DNA of 64,000 nucleotides from an uncultured Chitinophagaceae bacterium. Its GTDB lineage: Bacteria; Bacteroidota; Bacteroidia; Chitinophagales; JADJOU01. Of the stretch, positions 36,212-45,978 are shown in pieces. Each line of letters opens with the position of its first letter. Position 1 is the stretch's first letter. A program made the translations under genes and the position numbers. Location of the stretch: positions 1,527-65,526 of the forward strand of contig CAYXKX010000003.1 in assembly GCA_964465185.1 (NCBI GenBank). The letters are read 5' to 3'. The notes below the pieces were generated by a model. The model did not search any database and was not told the DNA's origin. It saw only the letters and a program-made list of their open reading frames with translations.

Positions 36212-36499
36212 CTATATCCCCATTTCCTCCACCGACCAAGCCTCGGGCTTAGCATCGAACCAAGGTTTGACCTTAGTCCAGACCTCGTTGAAGAGTTCAC
36301 TATTTCTATAGTCTTCTAGGTTTTCTGGTTTCTCCCAGTGGCTATAGGTAAAGAAGATATTGGGATTTTGACGGTCATTTAGAAAATCCACGCCCCTGCA
36401 TCCAGAAAAGGCTCTGATTTTATCCTTATGCACTGCCAGTGCATGAAGAAAATCCTCTCTATGCTCGGGGCTGAAAGTTAATTTCACGATTCGTATCAT
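36212..36499 (-). CDS. Antibiotic biosynthesis monooxygenase (ABM) domain protein
   Basis: 95 aa. N-terminus MIRIVKLTFSPEHREDF and a ferredoxin-like ABM pattern. It overlaps the upstream gene by 41 nt. Confidence 0.75.
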   Translation of the reverse strand: MIRIVKLTFSPEHREDFLHALAVHKDKIRAFSGCRGVDFLNDRQNPNIFFTYSHWEKPENLEDYRNSELFNEVWTKVKPWFDAKPEAWSVEEMGI

Positions 36500-37271
36500 T
36501 GTCTATAACTATTTCGAATTTATTATTTTTCCACTTATTGATATTGAACAGCTCTGCGAGATTTCCGCCTATCATAAAGAGCTCTAAAAAGCCAGTAGGA
36601 TTGAATAAAGCCCCTATGCGGTTTTGATTATAGGTCGTGGCGTAGTTGGGGGATAATTGAAAGATTTTCGAGCTGATAAACGCTATATGAAAGGCGCGGT
36701 TGTTCAAGTAATGATAAAACTCTTCTTTTTGAATATTCAGAACTACATTTCCGACCGAATCCGTGTGAATCACCCTGGTGATCATTTTTTCGTCCATAAA
36801 ATGGAGATCGGTATTGAAGGGCTTGGATTGGACGAATTGATTGGTCTCTGCAGCATGGGATGGAATCTTTGCTTCGATTAAACTCTGGACCGTTTGCAGC
36901 CAGAGCGTCCATTCACCGCTTTCTGCCGGGGTATTTTCTACTAAATAAACTCTAGCGTTGTAATCCAAGAAATGAACCAAGGATAACAGGCCATTATTCG
37001 GCGCTAGGATATATTGGTTATTGATTTTGGTGATGAGGAGCTGGTTATTCTGAACGGCATATTTATTGTAAACAATATGAATACTATTCTCTGGAAAGGT
37101 GTTTAAAGCCCCTAGAACTTGATAAGCTATACTTTCAATATCATAGATTTCCTGATGGTGAAAGAGGTCTAAAACTGAGTGTTGGGGAAACTGACTGACA
37201 AACCGAGCTTTGAATTCGGCTAAGGCAAAATTGTTGTAGCCTAAATCGGAAGTCAGCGTTATGAGAGACAA
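36459..37271 (-). CDS. SAM hydrolase / SAM-dependent halogenase family protein (DUF62, SAM hydroxide adenosyltransferase-like)
   Basis: N-terminus ITLTSDLGYNNFALAEFK and the overall size match the DUF62 family. Confidence 0.75.
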   Translation of the reverse strand: MSLITLTSDLGYNNFALAEFKARFVSQFPQHSVLDLFHHQEIYDIESIAYQVLGALNTFPENSIHIVYNKYAVQNNQLLITKINNQYILAPNNGLLSLVHFLDYNARVYLVENTPAESGEWTLWLQTVQSLIEAKIPSHAAETNQFVQSKPFNTDLHFMDEKMITRVIHTDSVGNVVLNIQKEEFYHYLNNRAFHIAFISSKIFQLSPNYATTYNQNRIGALFNPTGFLELFMIGGNLAELFNINKWKNNKFEIVIDNDTNREINFQPRA

Positions 37272-37339
37272 AACAGTTGTTAGTTTTGAGTTTTAAGTTG
37301 TAAGTTCTGGTTCGCCATTATTAAACATTCAAAATTTAA

Positions 37340-38968
37340 TTAAGTTTGTATAGCTCCTAGAATGTACTGATCGGGAATAGGTGCGTGGTTGGCGGCTTCG
37401 ATACCGAGAGAAACGACTTTTCTAGTCTCTGCGGGGTCAATGATACCATCCGTCCATAATCTTGCAGCAGCATAATATGGCGTGGTAGTTTTTAAATATT
37501 GATCGGTGACCGTTTTGAGCATTTCTTGTTTCTTGGCTTCATCTATTTCTTCCCCTTTCTTTTTTAGTGCAGCGACTTGTATCTGAAGTAGGGTATTAGC
37601 AGCCTGAGAACCTCCCATAACGGCCATTTTGCCCGTAGGCCAGGAATAAATCAAGCGAGGGTCATAGGCTTTTCCGCACATGGCGTAGTTGCCTGCACCA
37701 TAGCTATTTCCTACAATGAAGGTAAATTTCGGCACGATAGAATTTGCCATAGCATTGACGAGTTTAGCGCCATCCTTGATGATACCGCCGTGTTCGCTTC
37801 GAGAGCCCACCATAAAACCCGTCACGTCTTGTAGAAAAACCAGCGGAATTCTTTTCTGATTGCAGTTCATGATAAAGCGCGCAGCCTTGTCTGCACTATC
37901 GCTGTAAATCACTCCACCAAATTGCATCTCCCCTTTCTTGCTCTTCACCACCTTGCGCTGATTAGCGACAATACCTACCGCCCAGCCATCTATTCGAGCA
38001 TAAGCACAAACGATAGACTGACCATAAAGCTCTTTATATTCATCAAATTCTCCTTTATCTACCAATGATTTCAGCAAATCTCGGGTGTCATAAGGCTTGG
38101 AATTATCTTCGGAAATCAATTTGTAAATATCATCCTCTTTACCTATCGGTGGAAAAGACTCTACCCTGTCAAAACCCGTGTAGGCTCTATGTCCCAACTT
38201 ATCCACCAAATTTCTAATTTTCTGAATACAGGCTTGGTCATTTTCCATTTTATAATCCGTGACCCCACTAATCTCACAATGTGTTGTTGCGCCCCCCAGG
38301 GTTTCATTATCGATATCTTCACCGATAGCTGCTTTGACTAGAAATGAACCTGCTAGAAATATACTTCCTGTTTTATCTACAATCAGAGATTCGTCGCTCA
38401 TGATAGGCAAATAAGCTCCACCAGCGACGCAGCTGCCCATGACCGCGGCTATTTGAGGGATACCCATGGCACTCATTTTGGCATTATTGCGGAACATGCG
38501 TCCGAAATGCTCTTTATCTGGAAAAATTTCATCCTGCATAGGTAGAAATACGCCTGCACTATCTACCAAATAAATAATTGGAATTCTGTTCTCCATCGCG
38601 ATTTCTTGTGCGCGTAGGTTTTTCTTAGCAGTAATTGGAAACCAAGCGCCCGCTTTTACTGTAGCATCATTGGCTACTATAATAACAAGGCGTTTCGACA
38701 CATATCCCATCACCACGACTACACCCCCTGATGGGCATCCTCCCACATCTTCATACATTTCATAACCAGCAAACTCTGCTACTTCTATTGAATCTTTTTC
38801 TGGGTCTAATAAAAGCGCAATTCGCTCTCGAGCGGTTAGTTTGCCCTGTTCATGTTGCTTATCAATCGCTTTTTGACCGCCACCCAATTTTACAACGCCT
38901 CTCAATCTTTTTAAATGAGAAATCTTGAGCTGCATATTATCTATGTTTTTATTCTCTTCTAGGCTCAT
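37340..38968 (-). CDS. Acyl-CoA carboxylase carboxyltransferase (beta) subunit, methylcrotonyl/propionyl-CoA carboxylase type
   Basis: 542 aa with duplicated crotonase-like carboxyltransferase halves (GGGQKAIDKQHEQGKLTARERI, AVMGSCVAGGAY, MGGSQAA). Confidence 0.9.
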   Translation of the reverse strand: MSLEENKNIDNMQLKISHLKRLRGVVKLGGGQKAIDKQHEQGKLTARERIALLLDPEKDSIEVAEFAGYEMYEDVGGCPSGGVVVVMGYVSKRLVIIVANDATVKAGAWFPITAKKNLRAQEIAMENRIPIIYLVDSAGVFLPMQDEIFPDKEHFGRMFRNNAKMSAMGIPQIAAVMGSCVAGGAYLPIMSDESLIVDKTGSIFLAGSFLVKAAIGEDIDNETLGGATTHCEISGVTDYKMENDQACIQKIRNLVDKLGHRAYTGFDRVESFPPIGKEDDIYKLISEDNSKPYDTRDLLKSLVDKGEFDEYKELYGQSIVCAYARIDGWAVGIVANQRKVVKSKKGEMQFGGVIYSDSADKAARFIMNCNQKRIPLVFLQDVTGFMVGSRSEHGGIIKDGAKLVNAMANSIVPKFTFIVGNSYGAGNYAMCGKAYDPRLIYSWPTGKMAVMGGSQAANTLLQIQVAALKKKGEEIDEAKKQEMLKTVTDQYLKTTTPYYAAARLWTDGIIDPAETRKVVSLGIEAANHAPIPDQYILGAIQT

Positions 38969-38970
38969 TA

Positions 38971-39660
38971 TTAGTAGTGGATTATTTCTTTAGAATATTG
39001 AAAACTCAATTTTGAATGATTATAAATTTTCTCATAATAGACTCTATAAATGAGAAATACAGCAACGTAGGCTCCTAAGATATCGATGGTGTAATGCACA
39101 TGCTGGACAATAAGTAAGAGAGCCAAAAGAACGGAACCTATCAAATATAAGAATTTTAAAATCCGATTGGGCATAGCAAAATATGCACAAAAAACGGTCA
39201 CCATGTGACCACTAAAAAATAAATCTTTAGTGATTTTGATCCCTTCATAGGTGCTCGATGATAAAATGGGGTCCGAAAACTCTTGATACATTAGCGGAGG
39301 TTCTAAATTGATAAAACTTAATAAAATAAAGCGTATCAATAAACAAGTAGCATAGAAAATAAAAAAGCATACTAACATTCTAGGATAAGCTATCAAAAAA
39401 AGATAATTAAAGAAAATAATGGTGTATAGAAGGACGAAGATGTATACGGAAACATCTGCGGGTTTGAAAATATCAAGCATTATATCATAGAGCTGAATAC
39501 CGGGTATCGTTTCATATACTACCAGGTATTTTTTAAATAAAAAGGAAACGAAAAGAAAGTAAAGCACGCAAAAAAGTAACTCTATAAAATTTCCTTTCTT
39601 GGATAGAAACTTTTTCCAATTATATTTTAAATCCAAAAACCAGTAGTCTATTGCTTCCAT
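38971..39660 (-). CDS. PAP2-superfamily membrane protein (sphingomyelin-synthase-like C-terminal motifs)
   Basis: Six hydrophobic segments. FFSGH and HYTIDILGA motifs correspond to the PAP2_C signature. Confidence 0.55.
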   Translation of the reverse strand: MEAIDYWFLDLKYNWKKFLSKKGNFIELLFCVLYFLFVSFLFKKYLVVYETIPGIQLYDIMLDIFKPADVSVYIFVLLYTIIFFNYLFLIAYPRMLVCFFIFYATCLLIRFILLSFINLEPPLMYQEFSDPILSSSTYEGIKITKDLFFSGHMVTVFCAYFAMPNRILKFLYLIGSVLLALLLIVQHVHYTIDILGAYVAVFLIYRVYYEKIYNHSKLSFQYSKEIIHY

Positions 39661-39662
39661 TT

Positions 39663-40637
39663 CTATTTTATTCGGTCTACAGCCTTTTGGGCAAAGCTAA
39701 TTAAAAAATCTTTATCATCAAGGGATATGGAGCTAGTTTGAAGAAATACCAGCGCTTGCTGATAGTAATAATCGCGTTTTCGAATTACGTAGTCCTTCGC
39801 TCCTGAATCCTTAAATATTTGTGTAATTTGATTGACCTTCATTTCATTGAAGTCACTTGTTTGGGACCATTGGAGAAGCAATTCTTTATGTGTTTTGTGT
39901 GCATTTTGTAATGAAAAAATGTAGAGTAAAGTCTTCTTATTATTACAAATATCTCCACCGATCTGCTTCCCAACTGCTGCGCGCTCTCCAAAAGTATCTA
40001 AAAGATCATCTTGAATTTGAAAAGCCATACCAATATTTAAACCAAAATGATAAAATGCCTTTTGGTCTGTTTCAGAAGCATCCGCTAAAATGGCGCCTAT
40101 TTGCATACTAGTGGCTAAAAGAACGGCAGTTTTATGTTCTATCATCATTAAATATTCCGGCTCAGAAACCTGAAATTCTTTTTCGAAATTCATATCCAAT
40201 TGCTGCCCGATACAAATCTCCATAGCCGTTTTATTGTATAGGCTATATACCTGGACGAAATGATCCTTATTTTTTATGTTTTCTAACAATTTATAGCTCA
40301 GGATCAATAAAGCATCTCCTGATAATATAGCACTATTTTCCCCATATTTTTTATGGACGGTTGGAAGACCGCGCCTCGTATCTGATTTATCCATGATGTC
40401 ATCATGCATGAGAGAAAAATTGTGAAACAACTCTATAGCTAGAGCGGCGTAATAATCATCTTTGTTTAATTGGTCAAAGCAAAGTTTAGAAGCGAGAAGC
40501 ATGACGGGGCGAACTCTTTTCGCTTCGAGGTTTACTATATAGTTATAAGGCTCATATAGCTCGCGCGGTGCTATTTTCGGCAAATCTGAAGCTATAAAAT
40601 CTTCAAATCGTGTTTTTAAGTCTTTAAATTTATCCAT
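39663..40637 (-). CDS. Polyprenyl diphosphate synthase (trans-isoprenyl diphosphate synthase family)
   Basis: First and second aspartate-rich motifs LMHDDIMD and IQDDLLD. Confidence 0.9.
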   Translation of the reverse strand: MDKFKDLKTRFEDFIASDLPKIAPRELYEPYNYIVNLEAKRVRPVMLLASKLCFDQLNKDDYYAALAIELFHNFSLMHDDIMDKSDTRRGLPTVHKKYGENSAILSGDALLILSYKLLENIKNKDHFVQVYSLYNKTAMEICIGQQLDMNFEKEFQVSEPEYLMMIEHKTAVLLATSMQIGAILADASETDQKAFYHFGLNIGMAFQIQDDLLDTFGERAAVGKQIGGDICNNKKTLLYIFSLQNAHKTHKELLLQWSQTSDFNEMKVNQITQIFKDSGAKDYVIRKRDYYYQQALVFLQTSSISLDDKDFLISFAQKAVDRIK

Positions 40638-40741
40638 ATTGTGTAATCGCTAAAATTATAGCAATTGAATTATTTGGGCTTTTTTTTTTAGATTCACATT
40701 TATTGTGATTGTCATCACATCCATTAAACCGAAAACATACT

Positions 40742-40749
40742 TATATTTG
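40742..40749 (+). promoter_or_regulatory. -7 box TATATTTG upstream of kmo
   Basis: Exact TAnnTTTG match 21 nt upstream of the ATG at 40771. This supports the internal start rather than GTG 40705. Confidence 0.45.
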
Positions 40750-40770
40750 CTGAAATACATTTCATATAAA

Positions 40771-42108
40771 ATGAGTCAGAAAAAAGCAACAATTATAGGA
40801 GCCGGATTGGTAGGTTCTTTGCAAGCATGTTATCTTCAAAAAAGAGGGTATAAAGTCGATGTCTATGAAAGTAGAGGCGATATGCGAAAGGTTGGTTATA
40901 TAGGGGGAAGGAGCATCAATCTGGCCTTAAGCACGCGAGGTTGGACTGCTTTAGAAAAGATTGGTCTAGCGGATGAGATACATAAAATAGCCATACCAAT
41001 GTATGGCAGAACGATTCATGGAATAGATGGTTCGATAAATTATCAACCCTACGGAAAGGAGAATCAGGCCATTTACTCTGTATCTCGAGGTGAGCTGAAT
41101 AAACGAATGGTGGAATTAGCTGATTCATTCTCTGAAGTTGATTTTCACTTCGACCATTTCTGCAAAAATGTGAACTTTAAAAACAATAAAATTACGTTTA
41201 ACCAAAGTGAAACTAATCAAGATATTGAATTAAATTCGGACTTTATTTTGGCTTCTGATGGCGCTTTTTCAAGAGTTCGACTGGCTATGCAAGCAATGCC
41301 GCGATTTCAATATTCACAATATTACATTGACTATGGATATAAAGAACTCTTTATTCCCGCTGGACCCAACGGCGAATTCCTATTAGATAAAAACTCACTG
41401 CACATATGGCCTAGAGGGGAGTTTATGATGATTGCCTTACCTAATCTTGATGGCAGTTTTACTTGTACCTTATTCCTACCTTTTGAAGGCGAGTTAGCAT
41501 TTGATGATTTAAATAACGAAGCCCAAGTTAGCGCTTATTTTGATACGTATTTTCCCGATGCGGTGAAACTAATGCCGACTTTAATTCAGGATTTCTTTAA
41601 AAATCCTACTTCTGCCTTGGTTACCGTTCGATGTTTTCCATGGCATCATGAAAATGCTGTATTATTAGGCGATGCAGCACATGCTGTGGTGCCATTCTTT
41701 GGACAAGGTATGAACTGCGGTTTTGAAGATGTGCGGATTTTTGATGAATTGCTCGACAAATTTGAAGATAAAAAACAACTGTTTGAAGAATATTCAAACT
41801 TAAGGAAGGAAAATGGCGATGCCATAGCTCAAATGGCATTAGATAACTTCATCGAAATGCGAGATAAGGTAGGTATTCCAGAATTTCTAGAGATGAAGCA
41901 TATCGAACATGAAATCATGGAAAATCCTATATACAACTATACTTCGATGTATCAATATGTTTCCTTTTCCAATGAACCTTACTCTTTTGCTTACGAACTA
42001 GGTAAAAAACAATATGCCATGCTGGAAGCTATGGCAAAGGATAAGGACATCTATCAAAAAATTAAAGATAATCAAATCAAAGATTATTTTGACAAATATT
42101 TAGTATAG
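40771..42108 (+). CDS. kmo: Kynurenine 3-monooxygenase (FAD-dependent)
   Basis: The Rossmann motif IIGAGLVGS directly follows the proposed start. DGAFSRVR and GDAAHAVVPFFGQGMNCGFED motifs are typical of KMO. Confidence 0.9.
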   Translation: MSQKKATIIGAGLVGSLQACYLQKRGYKVDVYESRGDMRKVGYIGGRSINLALSTRGWTALEKIGLADEIHKIAIPMYGRTIHGIDGSINYQPYGKENQAIYSVSRGELNKRMVELADSFSEVDFHFDHFCKNVNFKNNKITFNQSETNQDIELNSDFILASDGAFSRVRLAMQAMPRFQYSQYYIDYGYKELFIPAGPNGEFLLDKNSLHIWPRGEFMMIALPNLDGSFTCTLFLPFEGELAFDDLNNEAQVSAYFDTYFPDAVKLMPTLIQDFFKNPTSALVTVRCFPWHHENAVLLGDAAHAVVPFFGQGMNCGFEDVRIFDELLDKFEDKKQLFEEYSNLRKENGDAIAQMALDNFIEMRDKVGIPEFLEMKHIEHEIMENPIYNYTSMYQYVSFSNEPYSFAYELGKKQYAMLEAMAKDKDIYQKIKDNQIKDYFDKYLV

Positions 42109-42148
42109 TTTTCTTATTTTTACCTCATGTTTTCAAAACAGGGGAAAA

Positions 42149-43009
42149 ATGAATACAGAAAACCTAAGGCAACTTGTCAACGAGTTGACAGACCTGATTT
42201 ACATTGAACGCAAAGTTGTATTTACTTTTATAAGCATAGCTTTTTTCATCAAGCTCGGCTTTTATTGGTTGAACTCAAATTGTTTAAGTCGGAGTGATGA
42301 TTTACGAATAGTGAAGTCTGTCGACACGGCAAAAGAATCAAAATCTTATTATTCAAAAGGAGGCTCAACAATGAGGCTTTTCCCTTTCTATCCTGCGAGT
42401 GCGAGCCACGAGGAATTGATGGAACTGGGATTCAGCGATCGTGTCGCAGACATTTTTATTAACTACCGAACAAAAGGCGGTCAATTTCGATCAAAGCAAG
42501 ATGTAAAAAAAATTTATGGCGTTACGCCTGAGCTTTATGCTAGAATAGAACCTTATATACTGATTAATTCAAGCGCTCACACGTTTGAAAAACAGAATTT
42601 ATCCGCTGAAAATAAAATACCAACGGCCATCGATGTGAACTTTGCAACCAAGGATGAGTGGAAATCCTTACCTGGAATCGGGGATTATTTCGCCACAAAG
42701 CTTACAGAAAAACATGAAGGACTAGGGGCCTTTATAGACCTAGAGCAAATAGCAGAGGTATATAATTTGCCTGACTCTACCTTTCAAAAAATCAAGCCGC
42801 TACTCAGATTAACAAAAGGAAGTATTAAAAAAATAAATATTAATACTGCCAAGGAGGAGGAACTGCGGAAACATCCATATGTACTGCGCTGGCAAGCGGA
42901 TGACATACTGAGACATAGGCCAATATATGGTCTAGATGACTTATATGACTTAAAGACCTATAAGGATAAGACTAAGAATAAATATGTTGGTGTATACTTC
43001 GAGTTCTAA
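42149..43009 (+). CDS. Helix-hairpin-helix domain protein (ComEA-like)
   Basis: N-terminal TM segment and repeated HhH-type segments (ELMELGFSDRVADIFINYR, WKSLPGIGDYFATKL, EEELRKHPYV). Confidence 0.7.
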   Translation: MNTENLRQLVNELTDLIYIERKVVFTFISIAFFIKLGFYWLNSNCLSRSDDLRIVKSVDTAKESKSYYSKGGSTMRLFPFYPASASHEELMELGFSDRVADIFINYRTKGGQFRSKQDVKKIYGVTPELYARIEPYILINSSAHTFEKQNLSAENKIPTAIDVNFATKDEWKSLPGIGDYFATKLTEKHEGLGAFIDLEQIAEVYNLPDSTFQKIKPLLRLTKGSIKKININTAKEEELRKHPYVLRWQADDILRHRPIYGLDDLYDLKTYKDKTKNKYVGVYFEF

Positions 43010-43027
43010 ACCTAAAATGGATTCAAG

Positions 43028-43996
43028 TTATTTTTTTCTAATATAGAATGAACCAGGCTCTCTGTCGACAGTCATTACAGGACAAACCTTATTCAGTTCA
43101 TGATAATGAAAATGTTTGAGGTAATTTAATGCTCCGATGATTTCCCATTCGTCATTTTTTGATAAAAAAACTTCGAGCATGTATTGTTCTCCAAAAATCC
43201 TAACCTCATCAATTATCCAAGCTCTAGGATAATCAAAAGGAGTAAAAATGTCATGAAAATGGACGATAACGCCCGATTTCAATCTCGGTAAAATATACAA
43301 AAAATAGGCGATGACGTCTCCTTGTGGTCTAATAACATGTGAGCTATCTATGAATAAAATATCACCGGCGTTTAATGTATCAAATAAAGTGAGTTCTACT
43401 AATTCTAAGCGCTGACGGTATACCTTTACTCCTAATTCTTCTAACCATGGTCGTTCATAAGGCTCTATACATATATGCTCGCAGCTTATACTTTCCTCTT
43501 CGAGTTTATTTTTTTTGATAGCCAATTGGGTTAAATAACTACTAAAGCCGCAACCTACCTCGATGATGCGTCTTGGTTTACATCTTCGTATCATGCTATA
43601 CCAATATTCTGCATCACCAGAACCAAAGGACGAATTATTATAGTAAAACCCTTGATTTGCTTGCAAAGGAATTTGCAGAACCTCTAGACTGTAATCCAAT
43701 TCTAGTAGCCATTTTAATTGATTCTTGTCATCCCAGTTTATATTTATTTGCCTCGGTTCGTCGCATGATTTATATAAATATTTTTCCTGAAACAAGGGAT
43801 CATAGTAATGGTCAATAATAGGGAAAACTCCGATTCTACTAAACAAATTTCTTGTATGCGGGAAATTCTCAATTTTCTGATTGCGGATCCACCACAGCCA
43901 CTTTCCAGCCAACCAAGTCATAGGTAGCATAAAAATGTCGAGAAATGCTCGAATCTTTTGTTTAAAATTCTCTTTAAACCTTGCGGATTTAATCAC
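43028..43996 (-). CDS. Class I SAM-dependent methyltransferase
   Basis: Motif I IIEVGCGFSS and motif-II-like ILFIDSSH. Confidence 0.65.
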   Translation of the reverse strand: MIKSARFKENFKQKIRAFLDIFMLPMTWLAGKWLWWIRNQKIENFPHTRNLFSRIGVFPIIDHYYDPLFQEKYLYKSCDEPRQININWDDKNQLKWLLELDYSLEVLQIPLQANQGFYYNNSSFGSGDAEYWYSMIRRCKPRRIIEVGCGFSSYLTQLAIKKNKLEEESISCEHICIEPYERPWLEELGVKVYRQRLELVELTLFDTLNAGDILFIDSSHVIRPQGDVIAYFLYILPRLKSGVIVHFHDIFTPFDYPRAWIIDEVRIFGEQYMLEVFLSKNDEWEIIGALNYLKHFHYHELNKVCPVMTVDREPGSFYIRKK

Positions 43997-44044
43997 TCAA
44001 AAAATATTTTAAAGACAAAATAAGTTTATTTAATAGCAATGGGC

Positions 44045-44071
44045 AAAAAAAAACTCCACCCGAAGGCAGAG
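44045..44071 (-). terminator. Rho-independent terminator downstream of rpmE
   Basis: On the minus strand: CTCTGCC-ttcg-GGTGGAG stem-loop followed by a run of nine T. Confidence 0.6.
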
Positions 44072-44097
44072 TTTATAAATTTATAAGGAAAGGAAAC

Positions 44098-44370
44098 TTA
44101 TTCTGAAGCTTTCTTTGTAGTAAGTTTCTTTTCGAATTTCTTCTGGAACTTATCAATTCTACCAGCAGTATCGACGAATTTCATCTTTCCTGTAAAGAAA
44201 GGGTGCGACATATTGGAGATTTCAATCGGAATCATTGGATATTCGTTGCCATCTTCCATCTTGATTGTTCCTTTAGAAGGAGCGCAAGATTTTGTAATGA
44301 AAGAATAATCACATGAGAAGTCTTTGAATACGACTGTTCTATAATTTTCAGGGTGGATACCTTGTTTCAT
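44098..44370 (-). CDS. rpmE: 50S ribosomal protein L31, type B (no CxxC zinc motif)
   Basis: MKQGIHPENYRTVVF...HPFFTGK is the L31 signature. The CxxC pairs are absent, which defines type B. Confidence 0.95.
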   Translation of the reverse strand: MKQGIHPENYRTVVFKDFSCDYSFITKSCAPSKGTIKMEDGNEYPMIPIEISNMSHPFFTGKMKFVDTAGRIDKFQKKFEKKLTTKKASE

Positions 44371-44416
44371 CTTTATATGTGTTTAATATTATCTATTTAT
44401 TCAGAATTTCGGAGTG

Positions 44417-44459
44417 CAAATATAAGGAATAATTAATAATTAATAGGGAATAATTAATA
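44417..44459 (-). promoter_or_regulatory. rpmE promoter: -7 box TATATTTG plus two GGAATAATTAATA direct repeats
   Basis: CAAATATA at 44417-44424 on the + strand. Repeats at 44426-44438 and 44447-44459, 21 nt apart. Confidence 0.4.
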
Positions 44460-44497
44460 GTTTCTTCATAATTTACATAAAATCAAGAAGATGAAAG

Positions 44498-44971
44498 TTA
44501 AACAAACTTCCTCAAACTCATTACAATACCCATATGAAGGGCTTCGTGGACTTGATTGAAGCGAATGATATCATCCAATGTTTTCAATTCGAAATGATAG
44601 CTTGTAGTGTAGGCTTTAGGTAAATTTTGAGGGAAAATTCCTTCTTTTACATCTATTTCTATTCTTTCTAGTTGGGAAATTAAATTTAGTTTCAACGTAT
44701 CAATCATTGCTTCATCGACCATTTCCGAAGGTTTAGTGCCTTTTCGGTAACTATCGATAAACCTAGAATCCAATTTAGGGGTGAGGCCATTTAAGTTATA
44801 ATATAAAATATCCATAGTCGCCACTATATGCGAAATATTCCAAATGACATTATTGTTAAAGCCAATGGGGATAGCATTGAGTTCGGGTATCGATGAGCAC
44901 TCTAGTATCGCAAGAAAGTTTTTTCTCGTCTGAAGCGCTAGAGGTAAATTTTCTTGAAAAAGATTAGCCAT
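44498..44971 (-). CDS. DinB family protein
   Basis: 157 aa with the DinB_2-type His pattern (WNISHIV ... HEALHMG). Confidence 0.7.
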   Translation of the reverse strand: MANLFQENLPLALQTRKNFLAILECSSIPELNAIPIGFNNNVIWNISHIVATMDILYYNLNGLTPKLDSRFIDSYRKGTKPSEMVDEAMIDTLKLNLISQLERIEIDVKEGIFPQNLPKAYTTSYHFELKTLDDIIRFNQVHEALHMGIVMSLRKFV

Positions 44972-45674
44972 TGGCTGTTTGAGCTAGAATGGTCAAGCCT
45001 TTGAGCATATTGAGTCCATCTGTATTTCCTAAACCTTCTTCAGAAGCTCGCTCAGGGTGAGGCATCATACCAAAGACATTCCCTGTTTTATTCATAATGC
45101 CAGCTATACTTTCTAGTGAGCCATTGAAATTGGTATCTTCATTGACTAACCCTTTTTCATCACAATATTGGAAAAGGATTTGGTTATTTTGCTTCAACTC
45201 GGCCAAAGTAGGCTCATCGCAATGATATCTTCCCTCAGCATGGGCTACAGGAATGCTCAACACTTGATTTTGCTCCAATAATTGCGTGTATTGGGATTTT
45301 GTATTGACAACCTTGATCGTTTGATTATTACAGTAAAATTTTTGATTTTTATTTCTCAATAATACACCTGGTAGCAGCCCAGACTCACAAAGAATTTGAA
45401 AGCCATTACATATACCTAAAACACGACCGCCGTTATGAGCGAATTTGATCACTTCTTCCATAATCGGAGAAAAACGTGCGATAGCACCTGTTCTCAAATA
45501 ATCTCCAAAAGAAAAACCTCCTGGTAATACAATACAATCTTCTTTGGAAAAGGCTGATAAATCAGTGCTTTTATGCCATAATGTAATCACTTCTTTACCT
45601 AATACTTCACCACAAACATGGATCATATCTCTATCACAATTACTTCCAGGGAAAACAACAACTCCAAATTTCAT
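44964..45674 (-). CDS. purQ: Phosphoribosylformylglycinamidine synthase subunit PurQ (glutaminase)
   Basis: MKFGVVVFPGSNCD, catalytic Cys in GICNGFQ, and HPER near the C-terminus. Confidence 0.95.
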   Translation of the reverse strand: MKFGVVVFPGSNCDRDMIHVCGEVLGKEVITLWHKSTDLSAFSKEDCIVLPGGFSFGDYLRTGAIARFSPIMEEVIKFAHNGGRVLGICNGFQILCESGLLPGVLLRNKNQKFYCNNQTIKVVNTKSQYTQLLEQNQVLSIPVAHAEGRYHCDEPTLAELKQNNQILFQYCDEKGLVNEDTNFNGSLESIAGIMNKTGNVFGMMPHPERASEEGLGNTDGLNMLKGLTILAQTANG

Positions 45675-45692
45675 TTTTGCATTTTAATGTCG

Positions 45693-45723
45693 CAAAGATA
45701 AGGGTTTGGAGCCACGAATTCAC
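45693..45723 (-). promoter_or_regulatory. -7 box TATCTTTG plus upstream 13-mer GTGAATTCGTGGC (purQ promoter)
   Basis: CAAAGATA at 45693-45700 and GCCACGAATTCAC at 45711-45723 on the + strand. Same pair as at 7205-7234. Confidence 0.4.
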
Positions 45724-45978
45724 GAATTAATTATAAACATTTTTTTTAAAATAGCTACAAAGGCGATATGGAACTAGAGTTTTTCTTGATTACGAATGAA
45801 GGAGCACAAAGTTCCACAAAGATTTTCATCAAGTTTCACAACGTTATTTTCGACTGAGGCCTGACTATTTAACGTACAAAGGAATTGAAAAACTTACCGC
45901 AGAGTCGCGGAGAACGCAAAGTAAAGTTCATTTTCAATCCCGATAGCTATCGGGACAAATTATCAAATCAACTAATCA

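Noticed and set aside
40705-40770. N-terminal 22-aa extension of kynurenine 3-monooxygenase from GTG 40705
   Set aside because: A TATATTTG -7 box lies inside the extension at 40742-40749, and the Rossmann motif follows directly after the ATG at 40771. The shorter gene model is more plausible.
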